A stretch of 64,000 nt of DNA from Candidatus Saccharimonadales bacterium (GTDB lineage: Bacteria > Chloroflexota > Dormibacteria > Aeolococcales > Aeolococcaceae). Where the stretch lies: contig DATKQX010000062.1 of assembly GCA_035532495.1 (NCBI GenBank), positions 47,261 to 111,260 on the forward strand, given 5' to 3'. Within the stretch, counting starts at the first letter, position 1. Every line of letters starts with the position of its first letter. The notes below the pieces were generated by a model that searched no databases, was not told the origin of the DNA, and was given only the letters and a program-made list of their open reading frames with translations. The position numbers and the translations under genes are program-made. Shown piece by piece: positions 59,604 to 64,000 of this stretch.

Positions 59604-61237
59604 TGCGCATGCCATGGCAGCGGCGAAGCGCCGGTCGCGCTGAGCGCGAGACCGCCACTGCGCCAGAGGCGCTGCCGCACGCGTGGCGCTCGGCGCCGCC
59701 GCTTGCGGGGAGCGCCGGTGGTGCACCCCCACTCACGGCACGATCGGTCGAGATAGCCGACGCGTTGAGCAGGCGCCTGCGCTCGACGCGTGAGCGCCCG
59801 CCGCTGCTCCATCGCGCGGGGCTTCCCGACCCGGCGGCGCCGGGGACGGTGCGCGGTATCGCCATTGCCTCGCCGCGCGCGGTGCAGCGGACGCGATCGG
59901 CGTCGGGCGCCGCGCTCAGCGACAGTGAGACTGCGTTCGACACTTCGCTAGAGACTGCGGTGCCGATCGCCACGGCGCCTCCGGTCAAGGCGCGGCGGAG
60001 CACGGAGCGCTCACTCACCTCAGTTGACCCCGCGGCGCTGATCTTTCCAGCCGGCGAGACCGCGCAGCCGGCGCACGAGGAACCCGAGTCGAGCGACACC
60101 ACCGGTGCCGAGGCGTCGCCACTCTCACTGGGCCTGCCACCAGGTCTGCAGCGAACAGTGGTCCGGCGCCGGATGGGCGCACCGGGCGCACGTCCCCTCG
60201 GGCTCCAGGCTCCACTCGACGATGCCGCAACGCAGGCGGCAGCGGTGCGCAGCGCTGAGTTCGAACGCGCTGCGCATCAGGCTTCAACCGAGCCGGCGCC
60301 GCACGCCGTTGCGTCGGAGGTCGGTCGCCTGCATCGCGCCGACGTCGGCAACGTTCGCGTCCATCGCGGCGAGGAAGCAGAGCGCGTGGCAGCGGATGCG
60401 CACGCGCGAGCGGTGACCCGCGGTGGCGAGGTGTTCATCCCTGATGCGGCCGGACGTCTCGACACCGGCAGCGGTCGTGGCCTGCTCGCGCATGAGCTCA
60501 CCCACGTGATTCAGCAGCGGCGCCTCGGGACGTCCGTGCCGCTCGAGCATTCGCCCGCCGGCCGCCGCCTCGAGTCTGAAGCCTCGATAACCGAGCGGCA
60601 TATCCGTGGCGATGCCGGAGCGCCGGCGCCCACGCCTGCCGCCGCGCAACCGGCTGCGCCGGCGCCGGCCGCGGCGCCACCCGCGTCCCCCGCGGGAGAC
60701 GACGACGCGAAGGCAACCGCTCGCGAACTACAGGACGAAATGGTCGCTTCGGGGCACGCCTTTCGCATGCCCGACGGTTCGATCGTCTTCCCAGGGTCCG
60801 GTATGCATCTTCCCCAGCAGCGACCGTCGCAGACGCAGCCTGCTGTTGCGATACAGCGCGCCCCCGACGACCCCGTCCCGATGCCGGCTGATGCGGCGGC
60901 GCCGGGAGACGGCAGCGTCGACACGCCGCCGCCCGATACCGGGTATCTGCCCATGCCGGACATGACGGCCGCAGCCGGCGCACCGGTGCCTGCGTCGAGT
61001 GCTCCGGCTCCCATACAGACCTGGTCCGCGCCTGTGGCTGCTGTCGCACCGTCAGCCCCGGCACCGGCACCAGGAGCGGCGCCCGCACCGATAGCACCGG
61101 CGCCGGCAGCCGAGCCGGCACCACCCATAGACCTCGACGACCTTGCGCGCCGGGTCTACGGGCAGGTGCGAACCCAGTTGCGATCCGAATTGCTGATCGA
61201 CCGCGAGCGCGCGGGACTGTTGACGGATTTTCGATGA
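59603..61237 (+). CDS. DUF4157 ('eCIS core domain') protein with HExxH motif
   Basis: VRVHRGEEAERVAADAHARAVTRGGEVFI...LLAHELTHVIQQ matches the DUF4157 core. It has long Ala/Pro/Arg-rich flanks and a conserved-looking C-terminal IDLDDLARRVYGQVRTQLRSELLIDRERAG. Confidence 0.8.
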   Translation: MRMPWQRRSAGRAERETATAPEALPHAWRSAPPLAGSAGGAPPLTARSVEIADALSRRLRSTRERPPLLHRAGLPDPAAPGTVRGIAIASPRAVQRTRSASGAALSDSETAFDTSLETAVPIATAPPVKARRSTERSLTSVDPAALIFPAGETAQPAHEEPESSDTTGAEASPLSLGLPPGLQRTVVRRRMGAPGARPLGLQAPLDDAATQAAAVRSAEFERAAHQASTEPAPHAVASEVGRLHRADVGNVRVHRGEEAERVAADAHARAVTRGGEVFIPDAAGRLDTGSGRGLLAHELTHVIQQRRLGTSVPLEHSPAGRRLESEASITERHIRGDAGAPAPTPAAAQPAAPAPAAAPPASPAGDDDAKATARELQDEMVASGHAFRMPDGSIVFPGSGMHLPQQRPSQTQPAVAIQRAPDDPVPMPADAAAPGDGSVDTPPPDTGYLPMPDMTAAAGAPVPASSAPAPIQTWSAPVAAVAPSAPAPAPGAAPAPIAPAPAAEPAPPIDLDDLARRVYGQVRTQLRSELLIDRERAGLLTDFR

Positions 61238-61246
61238 GGAGATGGC

Positions 61247-61687
61247 ATGGCTGACGACACGACTTTCGGACTCGCGCTTCGATTCACCGTCGATGTCGGC
61301 AACACCAGCCTCGGGACGTGGTCGAAGTGCGAGGGCATCGAGATGCACTTCGACACCGTGAGATACCAGGAGGGTGGGGCTCCCGGAGCGACGTGGAATT
61401 ACACCCACTACGCCACGGGCCGTGCCAACTACGTCCCGATCAAGCTGACCCGTGCGGTGACCCCGCAGGCGTCGACGGCACTCTTGAAGTGGCTGTCGAC
61501 TCAAGCGAGCTCGCCCGCTTCGCCGCAGCCCGCGACCATCACGCTGCTTGACACGAACGGACAGCAGGTGCAGCAGTGGACCTTCCAGGAAGTGTTCCCC
61601 ACCAAGTACGTCGGTCCGCGCCTCGATGCCGCCCAGGCGCAGGTCGCGACGGAGGAGCTCGAGCTCACCCATCAGGGATTCATGTAA
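61247..61687 (+). CDS. CIS tail tube protein (gp19-like), paralogue 2
   Basis: FTVDVGNTSLGTWSKCEGI...IKLTR...W...FPTKYVGPRLDA...VATEELEL. Confidence 0.8.
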   Translation: MADDTTFGLALRFTVDVGNTSLGTWSKCEGIEMHFDTVRYQEGGAPGATWNYTHYATGRANYVPIKLTRAVTPQASTALLKWLSTQASSPASPQPATITLLDTNGQQVQQWTFQEVFPTKYVGPRLDAAQAQVATEELELTHQGFM

Positions 61688-61719
61688 TGCCGGCCGCGTC
61701 CACCCGGAGGTTCTGACAA

Positions 61720-62154
61720 ATGCCGCCCGGATCGACCGCGCCGCGTGGTCTCGCCGCGCGCTTCCAGGTGACCATCGACGGCCAGAATCTGGGCGCCTGG
61801 TCGAAGTGCACGGGGCTCAGCGTCGATTTCCAGCATGAGGTCTACAAGGAACTTGGCAACAATTCATTCGTGCATCTCCTTCCCATGGGAGCGAAGTACG
61901 AGCCGATCACGCTCGAGCGGGCATGCACGGCAGCGGAGTCGGTTCGCCTCCAGGGGTGGCTCGCGAGCATGGTGACGCAGCCCAAGAAGGGAACGGCCAG
62001 CATCACGCTTCACGATGCCGCGCAGCAGGAAGTCATCACCTGGACGCTCTCCGGTGTGTTCCCCGCGAAGTGGACGGGCCCGCACCTCGAGGGGAAGTCC
62101 ACCGAGGTGGCATTCGAGGCCCTCGTGCTTGCGCACGAAGGCTTCCTGGACTGA
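61720..62154 (+). CDS. CIS tail tube protein (gp19-like), paralogue 3
   Basis: FQVTIDGQNLGAWSKCTGL...ITLER...W...FPAKWTGPHLEG...VAFEALVL. Confidence 0.8.
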   Translation: MPPGSTAPRGLAARFQVTIDGQNLGAWSKCTGLSVDFQHEVYKELGNNSFVHLLPMGAKYEPITLERACTAAESVRLQGWLASMVTQPKKGTASITLHDAAQQEVITWTLSGVFPAKWTGPHLEGKSTEVAFEALVLAHEGFLD

Positions 62155-62158
62155 CGCG

Positions 62159-62878
62159 ATGGCAAGCGTGTCGGTGACGGTGGGATTGCAGCGGGCGATG
62201 CTGATCGGACCTGGGCCGCCCGTTGTGCTTATGCTCAACCCAACGACCCTGAAGCTCGTCCTGTCATCGACATGGCATGCCCCGAAGAATCGCAGCGGCG
62301 GGGCGGCGCAGCCTTCGGCTGCGACGACCGGGAAGGCACTCGGCAATGTTCCGGCCGGGTACTCATCACCGCAGTACACCGGTGGCCAGCCGGCAAAGTT
62401 GTCGATGACCGTCTGGTTCGATCAATCCTTCGAACCCGATGGCGACATCACTGACGAAGTCAACCAACTCCAGTACTGGACGTATCCGACCGAAGAGATC
62501 GTGCCCGGCGTACAGAATCCGCCAATGGTGACGTTTACATGGGGCAGCCTCACCTTCGACGGAAACATTTCGTCGCTGACGATCACCTACAAGCTGTTCG
62601 GCACGAACGGGAGGCCGGTCCGTGCCCAGGCTGATATCACCATCAGCGAGAATCCCCTGGAAATCCCGGGCACCAACCCGACATCCGGGGGCATCTCCGG
62701 GCGCCGCGTGCACGTGGTTTCGGCGGGCGACTCGCTGCACTCGATCGCCTACGCCGAGTACGGCAGCGCTGGACTCTGGCGCGTGCTCGCCGAGGCCAAC
62801 GCGATTGACGACCCGCTGCGAGTGGGCCCCGGCACGACGTTGCTCATACCGCCCGCTCCGTCGTCGGGCACCTCCTGA
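62159..62878 (+). CDS. tube-initiator-like protein with C-terminal LysM domain (Afp7/Pvc7-like)
   Basis: ATG 62159 inside track ORF 62015..62878. Tube-like N-terminal domain, then LysM HVVSAGDSLHSIAYAEYGSAGLWRVLAEANAIDDPLRVGPGTTLLIP. Confidence 0.75.
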   Translation: MASVSVTVGLQRAMLIGPGPPVVLMLNPTTLKLVLSSTWHAPKNRSGGAAQPSAATTGKALGNVPAGYSSPQYTGGQPAKLSMTVWFDQSFEPDGDITDEVNQLQYWTYPTEEIVPGVQNPPMVTFTWGSLTFDGNISSLTITYKLFGTNGRPVRAQADITISENPLEIPGTNPTSGGISGRRVHVVSAGDSLHSIAYAEYGSAGLWRVLAEANAIDDPLRVGPGTTLLIPPAPSSGTS

Positions 62879-64000
62879 TGCCGACGACCATGGCGACGCG
62901 CTGGCCGGATGTCGAGATCGACGGCGCCGCACTCGCCGATCGCATCCGCCCGCGACTCGCCGAGGTTGTCGTCGACAACCATCTGCACCTTCCTGACATG
63001 TTCGCGTTGGTTTTCGACGACCCTCAGCACACCCTGCTCGCCGACACGGGTGTCAAGGTGGGCTCGACGGTGAAGATCGGGGTGGCGAGCCCCGGTGCGG
63101 GCGCCTTGGATGCGCTCATCAGCGGCGAGGTGACGGCGCTGGAGGCTGACTACGACGGTGGCTGGGACCGCACCGTCGTCCGGGGGTATGACCACTCGCA
63201 TCGTCTCCATCGAGGCAGGCACACCAGCACATATCAGAACGTGAAAGTGTCGGATGTGGCACAAACGGTTGCGAGCCGCGCCGGGCTGACGGTAGGGAGC
63301 ATCGACGACAGCGGGTCAGTGCTCCCCTTCGTGTCACAAGTGAACACCACCGACTGGGACTTCCTCAAGGCGCGTGCTCGTGAGCTGGGCTTCGAGGTCG
63401 GTGTCACCGATGGCACGTTCTATTTCCGCAAACCGGTGCAGTCGGCAACGGGTCCACAGCCGGGCGACGCGGACTCGCAGGGAGAGACGCAGTTGGTCTA
63501 CGGCCGCGATCTCCTCAGCTTCCGGCCACGGGTCAGCTCGTCCGCGCAGGTCACTCAGATCAGCGTCCGATCGTGGGATCCAGCCACCAAGGCGACACTG
63601 GTCGGCTCGGCCGACGCGGCAGCCTCCCACGCCGACCTGGCTGAGGATCCTGCGAGCCTTGCCCAGATCTTCGGTTCGCCGGAGTACCTCGTGCACAACC
63701 GCCCGCTCACCTCGCAGGCGGACGTGGATGACACCGCGAAGGCTGTCGCCGAGCATATCGGCAGCACGTTCGCGGAGGCCCAGGGGGCGGTCACCGGCAA
63801 CCCCAAGCTCCACGCCGGGAGCGCGGTGAGCATCGCCCAGGTCTCCAACACGTTCTCGGGCAAATACACCCTGACCCGGACGCGACACGTCTTCGACGAC
63901 GACGGTTACCGGACTGAGTTCGAGATCAGCGGGATGCAGGATCGCTCCACCCTGGGGCTGGTGTCGCTCGGCGCGACCAACGATGCCACGGCGGGGGGCG
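62878..64000 (+). CDS. VgrG/phage late control gene D-like spike/hub protein (partial, continues right of the window)
   Basis: Not in the track (open to the window edge). ATG 62878 overlaps the preceding stop (TGATG). Manual translation gives MPTTMATRWPDVEIDGAALADRIRPRLAEVVVDNHLHLPDMFALVFDDP...VVRGYDHSHRLHRG...DWDFLKARARELGFEV...GKYTLTRTRHVFDDDGYRTEFEISG, typical of the gpD/VgrG family. Confidence 0.8.
   Translation, partial: MPTTMATRWPDVEIDGAALADRIRPRLAEVVVDNHLHLPDMFALVFDDPQHTLLADTGVKVGSTVKIGVASPGAGALDALISGEVTALEADYDGGWDRTVVRGYDHSHRLHRGRHTSTYQNVKVSDVAQTVASRAGLTVGSIDDSGSVLPFVSQVNTTDWDFLKARARELGFEVGVTDGTFYFRKPVQSATGPQPGDADSQGETQLVYGRDLLSFRPRVSSSAQVTQISVRSWDPATKATLVGSADAAASHADLAEDPASLAQIFGSPEYLVHNRPLTSQADVDDTAKAVAEHIGSTFAEAQGAVTGNPKLHAGSAVSIAQVSNTFSGKYTLTRTRHVFDDDGYRTEFEISGMQDRSTLGLVSLGATNDATAGG

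Noticed and set aside
56161-64000. Interpretation as a prophage tail module
   Set aside because: No head, portal, terminase, integrase, lysis or att-like features occur in the 56 kb upstream. DUF4255 and DUF4157 are CIS hallmarks. This still needs checking to the right of the window.

Overview
GC-rich chromosomal replication-origin region of a high-GC, Gram-positive-type bacterium (Actinobacteria- or Chloroflexi-like gene content). All calls come from reading the sequence and ORF translations and from motif recognition. No searches were run and GC content was not computed.

The window has three parts.

(1) 1-17.7 kb is a classical origin neighbourhood. It holds a partial MFS transporter, sufU-sufT, parA-parB, SOD, a CopC/CopD fusion, lepB and ndk. 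A minus-strand chain rpmH-rnpA-yidD-yidC-jag-M16 peptidase is linked mostly by 4-nt start/stop overlaps. Then come dnaA, a dnaA-dnaN intergenic oriC with TTGTCCACA-type DnaA boxes and an AT-rich stretch, and dnaN.

(2) 17.7-54.8 kb is a mixed housekeeping/accessory block.
- recF and DUF721 are inverted relative to dnaN and translationally coupled to an envelope operon (DUF4388 protein, Ig-like/beta-propeller lipoprotein, MGDG-synthase-type glycosyltransferase).
- Also present: an orphan OmpR regulator, folK-folP, CoA-ester enzymes interleaved with two orphan beta-class DNA methyltransferases, and a Upf1-like SF1 helicase followed by a Grx-like-PDZ fusion, an ECF sigma factor and Ogt.
- Further right: two tandem GAF-GGDEF-EAL proteins, fabI-fabF-macro domain, a GT87-like protein, an M50-CBS protease, uppP and a carboxyltransferase.

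(3) 54.9-64.0 kb is the most interesting part. It is a phage-tail-like contractile injection system (CIS/eCIS) locus: divergent DUF4255 cap, sheath, three tube paralogues, a Zn-ribbon protein, a 54-aa ORF absent from the track, a DUF4157 HExxH protein, a LysM tube-initiator and a VgrG/gpD-like spike. It runs off the right edge and is preceded by a bitopic membrane protein that may act as its membrane partner. No capsid, terminase or integrase genes are visible.

A recurring oddity is that three conserved N-termini lack a canonical start codon: rpmH (ATC), the M16 peptidase (CTG in a CTGA overlap) and a lipoprotein signal peptide.

Many long ORFs in the track are Arg/Pro-rich antisense shadows typical of GC-rich DNA and were rejected. 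No rRNA, tRNA, CRISPR array, transposase or integrase was recognised.
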